DNA of 64,000 nt from a virus: the IMG/VR virus record IMGVR_UViG_3300041956_000313, positions 28,727 through 92,726 of that record. The stretch is one strand, 5' to 3'. Numbering within the stretch: the stretch's first letter is position 1; every line of letters begins with the position of its first letter. Positions 56,131 to 64,000 of this stretch are shown in pieces. Made by a program: the position numbers and the translations under genes. Under the pieces are notes generated by a model. The model made no database searches. It was not told the DNA's origin and saw only the letters and a program-made list of their open reading frames with translations.

Positions 56131-56400
56131 GTGAAGAAATCAGTACCTATTGTTGAAGTGAAAGACATCAACGGGCTCGTGTATCTGTTCATCGAAGGCG
56201 CACAGCAGCCGATGTGCTGGACCGGAGATGAGGAGCACAACGCGTGCAGTCATGCTGCAGCGATTCTCGGCACGCGCTTCAGGAAGCTCAATAACGAGCG
56301 TCGCACGCTGCGAGAGAGTCCGGTGACGTTTGACAGCTTCGCTGCCGACGTTTCAGTGAAGATCCGGGCCGCGGCTTCTTACCTGGGAGTCGCAGCATGA
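56131..56400 (+). CDS. Hypothetical early protein
   Basis: GGAGGG SD, GTG 56131. Confidence 0.6.
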   Translation: MKKSVPIVEVKDINGLVYLFIEGAQQPMCWTGDEEHNACSHAAAILGTRFRKLNNERRTLRESPVTFDSFAADVSVKIRAAASYLGVAA

Positions 56401-56936
56401 GCCTCTGTGTTGTCGGTCGTCTGATCACGGCAGGACAGATGATCTACCTGCGGAAGTGCCGAGAAACGGAGCTCCGACAGAGCTTTGTGTGGTCGAGTGA
56501 TCGTGATCATGCGCGCTGGATGACTGCTGAGGTCGCAGTGCGCGTCATGCGGGCAGCTCGTGAGTTCTGCAGTGCTCCTACTTTCGCACTCGACAAGCGC
56601 GGGCAAATCATCTCGATCGGACCGCGCATCTTGTCGAAGGCAGAGCAGAGGGACGCGAAGCAGGCACTGCGTGCGAGCACTCGTGCCTACAAGAACGTCG
56701 GTAAGACTCTGCAGATTGCTGCAGAGTGGCACAAAGGGCGGTATCTCACGACATTGAAGCCTCGTCGTCGGAATACGGAACATGTGAGCACCACTCGTGC
56801 TTCGGAGGCAGAGGTCGTCGCAGACATGGTGACGTCGACGGTCGCGCGGCTGCTCCGGCTGCCGAAGCGCCCGCGGAAGATTTACGTAGGGAAGATTTAC
56901 GTAGTTAGCAACATCAAGCGGAGGGCACGCAAATGA
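56397..56936 (+). CDS. Hypothetical basic protein
   Basis: ATGA overlap. Confidence 0.6.
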   Translation: MSLCVVGRLITAGQMIYLRKCRETELRQSFVWSSDRDHARWMTAEVAVRVMRAAREFCSAPTFALDKRGQIISIGPRILSKAEQRDAKQALRASTRAYKNVGKTLQIAAEWHKGRYLTTLKPRRRNTEHVSTTRASEAEVVADMVTSTVARLLRLPKRPRKIYVGKIYVVSNIKRRARK

Positions 56937-57205
56937 GAAGTCTGAAGAGTCTGGTGATTGCAGTGTGGGTCGTCATACTGCTGTTTGTGGTCGCTGTGCT
57001 TGCTTCAGAAGCGCACGGCGCTGAGCCGGAGAAGGTGATGGACGACAGCATCATCAAGGAGAGCAGTGACGTGATAGCCGCGCTGAAGTGTCGCAAGCGC
57101 GGTTACAAGTTCTTCGAGCGTCAGCGCGACAGTGACTGGGTCATTTGTCTGAACGACAAACGCTTCGCGCCGTATGCGAAGTCGGTGGAGTCGGTGCTGC
57201 GATGA
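56933..57205 (+). CDS. Hypothetical exported/membrane protein
   Basis: Signal-peptide-like N-terminus. Confidence 0.6.
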   Translation: MRSLKSLVIAVWVVILLFVVAVLASEAHGAEPEKVMDDSIIKESSDVIAALKCRKRGYKFFERQRDSDWVICLNDKRFAPYAKSVESVLR

Positions 57206-57339
57206 CAGCGCAAGAGTTGTATGAGTTGTTGGCCAACATTACGGACGAGCAACTTCAGGAACTCATGCGCGAGTGTGAGAAGCACAAAGTAAATGAGTTT
57301 GTGCGATTCTCACTGTACGAGGGCATTGGCGGTTTGTGA
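57202..57339 (+). CDS. Hypothetical small protein
   Basis: ATGA overlap. Confidence 0.45.
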   Translation: MTAQELYELLANITDEQLQELMRECEKHKVNEFVRFSLYEGIGGL

Positions 57340-57347
57340 GGCAAGTC

Positions 57348-57399
57348 AACGGGACGTGCGTACAGTTAACTCTGTGCGTGCGTCCCGTTTTTTTTTTTT
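57348..57399 (+). terminator. Strong intrinsic terminator closing the early operon
   Basis: CGGGACGTGCGTACAG-TTAACT-CTGTGCGTGCGTCCCG followed by T12. Confidence 0.85.
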
Positions 57400-57413
57400 G
57401 CTGGAGAAATTCT

Positions 57414-58808
57414 ATGTGTGCTCTTGTTGGTGCGGTGTTCAGAGGCAATGTCCTGCGGGGGATGATCCGTACGGCGTTGCAGAGGTCAAAGCAGCGGGGT
57501 CGTGACTCGTCTGGCGGAGCTTTGTTGGCTGATAGCCGGGGCTGTGCGCGTCGGAGTGCTGCTGGTGTGAGCTTCGAAGATTTTCCCTTGACGATAGAGC
57601 CTGACGAGAAAGCAACGTTGATTGCCAATTTGCGCGCCGAACCTACGCACGAGTTTCTCGCGACGAAGACTGAGGACGACATACAGCCTTATGTCGTTGG
57701 CAAGTGGCTCATCGTGCACAATGGCACGATCGCTAACGACAAGGAGCTGACAGCGCAATACGGCTTTCAGCGGAAGACTTCTGTCGATAGTGAAGTGATT
57801 GCACATGTGCTCAACCACTTCAATCCTCTCTTTCACGAGCAAAGTGTGGGGGAGGTGTTATTCGAGAATTTGCGCGGCTCATTCGCTGTTCTAGTTGCGC
57901 GCTATGATCATCCGGGCGATTTGATTGCAGTTACCAACTACAAGCCGCTCTATTTTCGGTATGAATCAAGCGGAGTTGTCATTGCCTCACAGCGTGCCTA
58001 CCTCGACCGTGTTTCGGATTACGAGCCACATTTACTGCATGACTTTAACGCTGCCATACACGAAATACGCCCGTACTCCGCCTATTCCTTTTTTATCGGC
58101 CCTCGTGTGTCGGCTGTGTCAATGCGACAGCACTTGGCGGTGGGCAAGCGCAGAGCTCTTGCCGTGTGCAGTGGTGGACTCGACAGCTCTGTGGCTGCTG
58201 CAGCTTTGCGTGCCAAAGGTGATGAGGTCACGCTGATGCATTACCTGTACGGCTCGCGCGCTGATCGACGTGAGTGTGACGCGGTGGCATCAATCAGTGC
58301 TGCGATTGGAGCTCGTTATCTTGTGACGCCGCTCGACTTGGGACTTCGCCCGAGCGATTCCCCGCTGCTCAACACCGACGCATCTCTTGCAGTTGGCAGC
58401 GCCGGTGCAGAGTTTGCACATGAGTGGGTGCCCGCACGCAACCTAATCATGCTTGCGCACGCGACTGCGTTCGCTGAAGCGAATGGTTATGACGTCATCT
58501 GCCTCGGAAACAATCTCGAAGAGTCGAATAGTCACCCGGACAATGAGATGGAGTTCATCAACCGCTTTAACGCACTTCTGCCTTTTTCTGTAGGCGTAGA
58601 CAAACATGTCGTAGTGGAGATGCCGGTCGGTCACCTCATGAAGCGCGAAATAATCCAACTCGGAGTGAGCCTCAATCTGCCATTGCAGCACACATATTCG
58701 TGCTACGAGGGGCGTACGAATCACTGTGGGAAGTGCGCGTCTTGTTACTTGCGCCGGTCCGCATTTAGAATTGCGGACGTCGAGGATCCTACTACATACG
58801 ACGCCTGA
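57414..58808 (+). CDS. queC: Gat-QueC fusion (class II glutamine amidotransferase + preQ0 synthase)
   Basis: N-terminal MC, RGRDS, HNGTIAN, DSE, GSFA; then SGGLDS, VPARN, PDN, TYSCY...CGKCASC; GGAG SD before ATG 57414. Confidence 0.92.
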   Translation: MCALVGAVFRGNVLRGMIRTALQRSKQRGRDSSGGALLADSRGCARRSAAGVSFEDFPLTIEPDEKATLIANLRAEPTHEFLATKTEDDIQPYVVGKWLIVHNGTIANDKELTAQYGFQRKTSVDSEVIAHVLNHFNPLFHEQSVGEVLFENLRGSFAVLVARYDHPGDLIAVTNYKPLYFRYESSGVVIASQRAYLDRVSDYEPHLLHDFNAAIHEIRPYSAYSFFIGPRVSAVSMRQHLAVGKRRALAVCSGGLDSSVAAAALRAKGDEVTLMHYLYGSRADRRECDAVASISAAIGARYLVTPLDLGLRPSDSPLLNTDASLAVGSAGAEFAHEWVPARNLIMLAHATAFAEANGYDVICLGNNLEESNSHPDNEMEFINRFNALLPFSVGVDKHVVVEMPVGHLMKREIIQLGVSLNLPLQHTYSCYEGRTNHCGKCASCYLRRSAFRIADVEDPTTYDA

Positions 58809-58822
58809 GGAGGCAAAAGAAA

Positions 58823-59731
58823 ATGTGGATTGAAAACGGCGGAACGGCAGAGGGCGCAGCGTCTTCAGAGGGGGCGAGTGCCTCTGATCGGAAGTCGTCG
58901 CCCAAGGGACTCAAGGGCAAGGGCGCAACTCTGCTCATTCTCGATCCAGCGGATGTCGAGTTTGAAGCAGACTTCAATCCGCGCTCACAGGACCTGGGAG
59001 ACATCAAAGAGCTCGCGCGCGGCTTGTGGGAGAGTGCGCAGGCTGGTCGTGATATTTCTCCGATCCACGTACGACGTGAGGGCAGCAAGTACATTGTTGT
59101 CGATGGGCACCGGCGTGTGCTCGCGGCGCGTGAGGCAAAGATCGACCTGCCTGCGCTTCGCGTGAAGCCGACTGACGAATCCGACACGCTCATACGCGCG
59201 CTCATCGGCAATCAGGGCAAGCCGCTCATGCCCGTGGAAGAGGCGCTCGCGTTCAAGAAGCTCGTTGATGAGCACAAGGTCAAGCCGAAGGACATCGCGC
59301 GCGCCACCGGCAAGTCGCTTGCCAACGTGAAGGAGCGACTGCAGCTTGCCGAGGGTGACCGTGAAGTGCTCGAAGCGGTCAGCAAGCGTGAGATTTCCGC
59401 GAGCCTCGGCGCGGGCATTGCCCACAAGTCGAAGGGCAACAAGAAGAAACAGAAGAAGCTCGTACAGCGCGCTAAGTCGTCGAAGTCCGAGAAGCGGCGT
59501 GTGCACGTCGAGGTCGGCCTCAACGCGCCTGACAACAAGCGCAAGCTTGCTGTGTCGAAGTACACCAAGCTCTTCGAGAAAGAGGCGAAGGCGTATAACT
59601 TGAAAGCGAGTGGCGTGAAGGTCACCACAAAGGCGATGAACTACCTGAAGAAGATGAAGAAGACGCGTAACAGTGTGGCGCGTCTCGGCTACCTTGCCGG
59701 AGTGCTCGCGGGGTGCCTGGGCAAAGTGTGA
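58823..59731 (+). CDS. ParB/Srx N-terminal domain protein with HTH
   Basis: FNPR, PIHV, VVDGHRRV.A, L.PVEEA.AF, IARATGKS. Confidence 0.85.
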   Translation: MWIENGGTAEGAASSEGASASDRKSSPKGLKGKGATLLILDPADVEFEADFNPRSQDLGDIKELARGLWESAQAGRDISPIHVRREGSKYIVVDGHRRVLAAREAKIDLPALRVKPTDESDTLIRALIGNQGKPLMPVEEALAFKKLVDEHKVKPKDIARATGKSLANVKERLQLAEGDREVLEAVSKREISASLGAGIAHKSKGNKKKQKKLVQRAKSSKSEKRRVHVEVGLNAPDNKRKLAVSKYTKLFEKEAKAYNLKASGVKVTTKAMNYLKKMKKTRNSVARLGYLAGVLAGCLGKV

Positions 59732-59900
59732 TGCGCTGAAGTTTTCTCGTCGTCCGGGGACAGCCCTCCCCTCGACGGCGGCCCGCGTGGGACACCTATG
59801 CGATAACTCCGGTACGCGCTCCGGGGAGTGGTGTGACTTAACCGGTGGAGAGTAACCGGTTTGTTTTAACGGGTCGCAAACAAAGTGGGCGGGGGCAAGA

Positions 59901-60695
59901 ATGACAACGCACGAGCTTGGCGTGCTTTCTGTATTTCTGACAATCGACGGTGAGTGCAACGAACACGGTCCGGGCATCTGGTCCGTGTTCGTTCGGTTTA
60001 GAGGGTGTAGTGTTGGGTGTATCTGGTGCGACACGAAATACTCGTGGCGTGACACGGGCGGCACTGTTCTTACACCGCACGGTCTTGCTGACTTGATTAC
60101 GAAGATCGGCAAGGGGTGCACGAAGGTGACGCTCACAGGCGGTGAGCCGCTAGAGCAAGATTGGGCTACATTAGGAATACTCATACGCCAGCTCACGTCA
60201 CGGATGTCATCGGTCAGTGTCGAGACCTCTGGCACGTACGACGTAGAAAAGTTTCGAGTGTCAGCCGGAGTGCCGCACGACCCGAATCTCTCTTTTATCG
60301 TCGACTGGAAGCTCAGCTCAGCGAAGGCAAAGCCCAATCAGCCTTTGTCGATGTACGTGAAGCTTCGTGAGCGAGACCGCATCAAGTTCGTGGTGAGCTC
60401 CGAAGCGGATTTCAATGAAGCTGTCGAAGCAGCGCGCGCGATCCGCGCTCGCAATCGACGCACGCCCATTTACTTCAGTCCTTCCTTCAATGCGCTGGCT
60501 CCGGCATTGCTCATGGAATGGATGCGCAGAGCGGGCGTGCAAGTCGACGACATTCGGCTCAATCTGCAGATACACAAGATCATCTGGCCGGGCGACTCTC
60601 GTGTTGAGGAGGACGAGGGCGTCGACTTCACGAAGCGCTCATTAGGTCGTGAGCAATTCATAGAGCGAGCACGCACGCCTGACGAGAAGCTGTAG
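59901..60695 (+). CDS. queE: 7-carboxy-7-deazaguanine synthase QueE (radical SAM)
   Basis: TIDGE, FVRFRGCSVGCIWCDTKYS, LTGGEPL, VETSG, IKFVV, LQIHKIIW. Confidence 0.93.
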   Translation: MTTHELGVLSVFLTIDGECNEHGPGIWSVFVRFRGCSVGCIWCDTKYSWRDTGGTVLTPHGLADLITKIGKGCTKVTLTGGEPLEQDWATLGILIRQLTSRMSSVSVETSGTYDVEKFRVSAGVPHDPNLSFIVDWKLSSAKAKPNQPLSMYVKLRERDRIKFVVSSEADFNEAVEAARAIRARNRRTPIYFSPSFNALAPALLMEWMRRAGVQVDDIRLNLQIHKIIWPGDSRVEEDEGVDFTKRSLGREQFIERARTPDEKL

Positions 60696-60706
60696 GCGTC
60701 CGCATC

Positions 60707-61570
60707 ATGAGGCGCGTGCTGCTGGTCGACTTGTCGAACGTCGCGTGGCGGGCGGTGTGCTCGCATGCAATGCTTTCCCATCGCGGAGAAAACACCGGAG
60801 GTGCGTACGGCTTTCTGCAGATGATTTGCAAGATCGTCAACACACACGACATCAACAGGATAATTGTTTGCGACGACGCGAAGCCCTACCACCGCGAGAA
60901 AGTCTTTCCGACGTATAAATCCGGTCGTGGCACGGTACACGTCAACACAGATAAGGTGGACATGCGTGGCCCCGTGCAGAAGGGCAAAGCGCAGATAGCT
61001 GAGCTGCTCGACTTCTTCGGACAGCACGTGATGCGCGTCAAAGGCTACGAAGCGGATGATTTGATTGCACGTGCCACGCTCAATCTTACCTCTCAGCCGG
61101 CGCGCAGTTGCCGAGTCTTCATTGCCTCAAACGACTCCGATCTTTACTCGTTGCTGTCGAAAGAGCGCAAAGTGGCAATGTGCAAGAAGGACGGTCTCTA
61201 CACGTTCAATGACTTCATGGCCGAGTACGAAATCTGGCCGGTCAAGTGGCCCCGCGTATTAGCGCTCTGCGGCTCGCATAATGGTGTTCCAGGCATTCCG
61301 GGCGTCGGAGTGAAGACGGCCGTCAAACTCGTCTCTGAGAGCGCGTCCGACCGTTACCTAGCCCGTACATATCACCTTGATGTAGAGACTCTCTCACTGC
61401 GGGAAAAGCTGTCGACTTACCCGTGGGAAGACGGCTTGCAGGAGGTCAAGTTCCGGTGTGTGCCGCTGATGTATGAGCGACGCCGGACAATAGCGTGGAT
61501 GCACATGCGGTTCGGAATCGACTTTGCTCCGTACATGCAATCAGCTTTTGAATTGTTAGCGACACCATGA
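60707..61570 (+). CDS. 5'-3' exonuclease / flap endonuclease
   Basis: LLVD, YK.GR, YEADDLIA, SNDSDL, PGIPGVGVKTA. Confidence 0.9.
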   Translation: MRRVLLVDLSNVAWRAVCSHAMLSHRGENTGGAYGFLQMICKIVNTHDINRIIVCDDAKPYHREKVFPTYKSGRGTVHVNTDKVDMRGPVQKGKAQIAELLDFFGQHVMRVKGYEADDLIARATLNLTSQPARSCRVFIASNDSDLYSLLSKERKVAMCKKDGLYTFNDFMAEYEIWPVKWPRVLALCGSHNGVPGIPGVGVKTAVKLVSESASDRYLARTYHLDVETLSLREKLSTYPWEDGLQEVKFRCVPLMYERRRTIAWMHMRFGIDFAPYMQSAFELLATP

Positions 61571-62976
61571 ACCTAACCGGCGCACTTCAGGAAAACATTC
61601 TGACGCTACTGTGCTTCGATGCGCAGTCAGCGGCGATCATTGTTGGTTCGATAGATGTGGAACTATTCGAGAACTCGATATACCGGAACATTGCCAAAGC
61701 AGCGGTAGGGTATTTGCGGAAGTACAAGCAGCCTGCTGCTGATCATCTGCCAGACTTGCTTGAGGACCATCTAAAAGACGAGCGCAAGGGCAAGCTCTAC
61801 GTCCGCGCACTGCAGGACCTAAAAGAGCTGTCCGAGAAGATCAATTCTGAGTATGTGCTCACACAGCTATCCACGTTTGTTCGTCGTCAGTCGCTTCGTA
61901 AAGCAATCACAGAAGCGGCCGCGCACATAGACGACATAGATCAGGCTGAGTCGATAATCCTGAAAGGAATAAAGCGACGTCTGGAGTTGTTCAAGCCCGG
62001 ACTGTACGTCTCTGACAGCAGCCTGCTGGACATCAACGATTTCGATAGACCGGACATGTCACCGACTGGCATCAAAGCGCTTGATGACTTGGGAATTCAG
62101 CCGGCACGCAAAGAGCTCTACACGATTCTTGGGCCGCGTAATCGGGGTAAGACGTGGTGCTTTGTCAATATAGGCAAGTATGCGTCAATGGCTTCTCATT
62201 GGAACGTCGTGCACATCACGCTTGAGATGAGAGACATGCTGGTGTGGGGAAGATACCTGCAGGCGTTCATGTCGCTTACTAAGCGTGAGGCTGGGTCGGT
62301 GCAGATTCCGCAGTTGATTCGGGGCAAGCGGGGAGACTTAGAAAACATCGTTTTCAAGAGTCTTGAGCGACGACGTGCCATAAGTGATCCGGTAGCGCGC
62401 AAGAAGATTAAGGAGAAGTTTGAGGGCGTGAAGGGTCGAATGAACATCATCGTCAAGCAGTTCCCGACGTCTCAATTGACGACAGATGGCTTGGTTGCTT
62501 ACATCGAATCGCTTGAAGCAAGTGAGGGCTTTATTCCGGACATGGTTCTTGTTGACTATCCGGAGTTGATGAAGCTCGACGTACGTAACCTGCGCGTCGA
62601 CATAGGACGTCAGTTTCGAGAGCTGCGTGGGCTAGCAGTAGAGCGCAACATATCGGTTGTAGGTGCGTCGCAGACGAACAGAGACGGACAGGACGCGAAG
62701 TTGATTACGATGACTCACATGGCAGAGGACATCAGTAAGGCGGACATCTCTGACAACATCATTACCTTGAATCAGACCAAGCATGAAGAACGGTTGGGAT
62801 TGATGCGTGTGCATGCGGCAAAAGTCCGCAATGAGCGTGCCGGTGCTACAGCGTTGCTGGCACAGTCGTTTGCAATAGGACAGTTCTGTCTCGATTCAAT
62901 GTTGTTGGGCAAAGAGTATTGGCCGGTAGTCAACCGGCACAAGAAGCGAGATGCCAATGACGACGAAGACGATTAA
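61567..62976 (+). CDS. DnaB-like replicative helicase
   Basis: Walker A GPRNRGKT, ITLEM, LVDYPELM, ASQTNR, KVRN. Confidence 0.88.
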   Translation: MNLTGALQENILTLLCFDAQSAAIIVGSIDVELFENSIYRNIAKAAVGYLRKYKQPAADHLPDLLEDHLKDERKGKLYVRALQDLKELSEKINSEYVLTQLSTFVRRQSLRKAITEAAAHIDDIDQAESIILKGIKRRLELFKPGLYVSDSSLLDINDFDRPDMSPTGIKALDDLGIQPARKELYTILGPRNRGKTWCFVNIGKYASMASHWNVVHITLEMRDMLVWGRYLQAFMSLTKREAGSVQIPQLIRGKRGDLENIVFKSLERRRAISDPVARKKIKEKFEGVKGRMNIIVKQFPTSQLTTDGLVAYIESLEASEGFIPDMVLVDYPELMKLDVRNLRVDIGRQFRELRGLAVERNISVVGASQTNRDGQDAKLITMTHMAEDISKADISDNIITLNQTKHEERLGLMRVHAAKVRNERAGATALLAQSFAIGQFCLDSMLLGKEYWPVVNRHKKRDANDDEDD

Positions 62977-63100
62977 GGTCACTCGAATAGATCTGGATGC
63001 CGCGAACCGCATGCTCCGTATTGGTGTCGGCAAGCATGACGGTCGGTGGTTTGCGCGCATCGATTTGTGGGCACGCGGCTGGAGGTTCACGCGAGAATGA
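62957..63100 (+). CDS. Hypothetical small protein (not in ORF track)
   Basis: MTTKTIKVTRIDLD...WRFTRE; bridges the two helicase genes with overlaps. Confidence 0.45.
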   Translation: MTTKTIKVTRIDLDAANRMLRIGVGKHDGRWFARIDLWARGWRFTRE

Positions 63101-64000
63101 TCAAAGCTAGTGCAGTCAATCGGTGGTTGCGTCGTGAAGTCCGCGACGTCAACCGTGTGCGCAAAGTGCCGTCACAGCGCTTACGGCTGCTTCTAGCACG
63201 TCTTGGGTTTCACAGTGACTCACCGGTGGCGCCGTGGAAGCAGCAGCTAGAGGCCTTCTATTGCGGAATAAAGCTGCGTGGGTTCGTCGCAATGCTGCCG
63301 GGTGGTGCGGGCAAGGCACGAATAGCGCTGGAGCTAGCGCAGTACCGTGTGCAGCAGAAGCACACGGGCTGCGTTCTTTACGTCACGCTGAATGATCAAG
63401 CGTGCGGTGAAGTGGTCGACGGTGCTGCGCTTCACACGCCTAACTTGCGTGTCGTGCATCTGTCTGGAGACAGTACTGAGAAGCGTTGGGAACGCCGTAA
63501 CATGGAAGCGGATGTCTACGTTGTTGCATACCCCGCGCTTCGAAACATGATTTTTCGCGAGACGTCCGGTAACAAGGTTTACAACACGAAGACTAAGTGG
63601 AAGAGCAAGCGGGGCCGCTCTTTGTCGAGTGAGCAGGTTTCGCGGGTACTCAAGTTGCTGGGCAGAGCAGCCATGATCATCATGGATGAAGTTCATGAAG
63701 CCGGCTCGACACGCAGTGACACGTATCAGGTGTTGCTGCGCCTGACGAAGCACTGTGACATTCGTGTCGGCATGTCTGCAACGATGACGAGTCGCAAGCC
63801 GGATACTCTGTGGCCGCAGTTCAATCTGATCGATCGCGGTGAGTCTCTAGGTGCGACACTCGGATTGTTCCGAGCGGCTTTCTTTGACGTGAAGCACAAC
63901 AAGTTTTTTGGTACATGGGAGTATGTGTTTCGCAAGGACATGATGCCGGAGTTGCGGCGCATGTGCGCGAATCGTGCCCTCATGTACGAGGATAACGAAA
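63097..64000 (+). CDS. SF2 (SNF2-like) helicase, 3'-truncated by window edge
   Basis: PWKQQ Q-motif, GGAGK, IIMDEVH, GMSAT, LWPQF..ID.G..LG. Confidence 0.85.
   Translation, partial: MIKASAVNRWLRREVRDVNRVRKVPSQRLRLLLARLGFHSDSPVAPWKQQLEAFYCGIKLRGFVAMLPGGAGKARIALELAQYRVQQKHTGCVLYVTLNDQACGEVVDGAALHTPNLRVVHLSGDSTEKRWERRNMEADVYVVAYPALRNMIFRETSGNKVYNTKTKWKSKRGRSLSSEQVSRVLKLLGRAAMIIMDEVHEAGSTRSDTYQVLLRLTKHCDIRVGMSATMTSRKPDTLWPQFNLIDRGESLGATLGLFRAAFFDVKHNKFFGTWEYVFRKDMMPELRRMCANRALMYEDNE

Noticed and set aside
57336-57413. Longer N-terminus of Gat-QueC with a T12 phase-variable tract
   Set aside because: The tract is the U-tail of a terminator hairpin; class II amidotransferases need an N-terminal Cys, which matches the MC start at 57414 with its SD.
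58823-59731. ParB-like gene as evidence for a plasmid-prophage partition system
   Set aside because: No parA or parS seen in the window; its position between gat-queC and queE fits a DNA-modification-associated ParB domain better.
58985-60337. Long minus-strand ORFs (also 10776-11933, 22146-23045, 50191-51291)
   Set aside because: They are antisense shadows of well-supported plus-strand genes in GC-rich DNA and carry no recognisable motifs.

Overview
The window is about 64 kb of a GC-rich tailed dsDNA phage (siphovirus-like gene set) in which essentially every real gene lies on the + strand. The host is probably a Gammaproteobacterium, judging by its CsrA. No integrase, tRNA or CRISPR array was seen. 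Layout: (1-17 kb) accessory genes including two FN3 proteins, SLOG, RMF-like, DUF1643, PhaR-like, CsrA, a TGT/DpdA-like protein, QueF and a degenerate HD hydrolase; (17-36.6 kb) terminase, portal, head, tail tube, tail chaperone with a -1 frameshift, tape measure and tail tip; (36.7-44 kb) extra virion/adsorption genes, including three tandem genes sharing an N-terminal MANQF peptide; (44-48 kb) lysis module; (49.5-57.4 kb) a promoter-to-terminator early-type operon of about 21 small genes; (57.4-64 kb) Gat-QueC, ParB-like, QueE, 5'-3' exonuclease, DnaB-like and SF2 helicases. The standout feature is that the 49.5-57.4 kb operon is punctuated by eight intact type I hammerhead ribozymes (CUGA(U/C)GA...GAAA...GU(C/A) core, covarying stems II and III, invariant stem I 3' strand). 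Each sits between an upstream stop codon and a downstream A/C-rich leader plus Shine-Dalgarno. This looks like a self-processing polycistronic mRNA made of ribozyme-bounded gene cassettes, which could also yield circular mRNAs. All functional calls come from motif recognition by eye; no searches were run.
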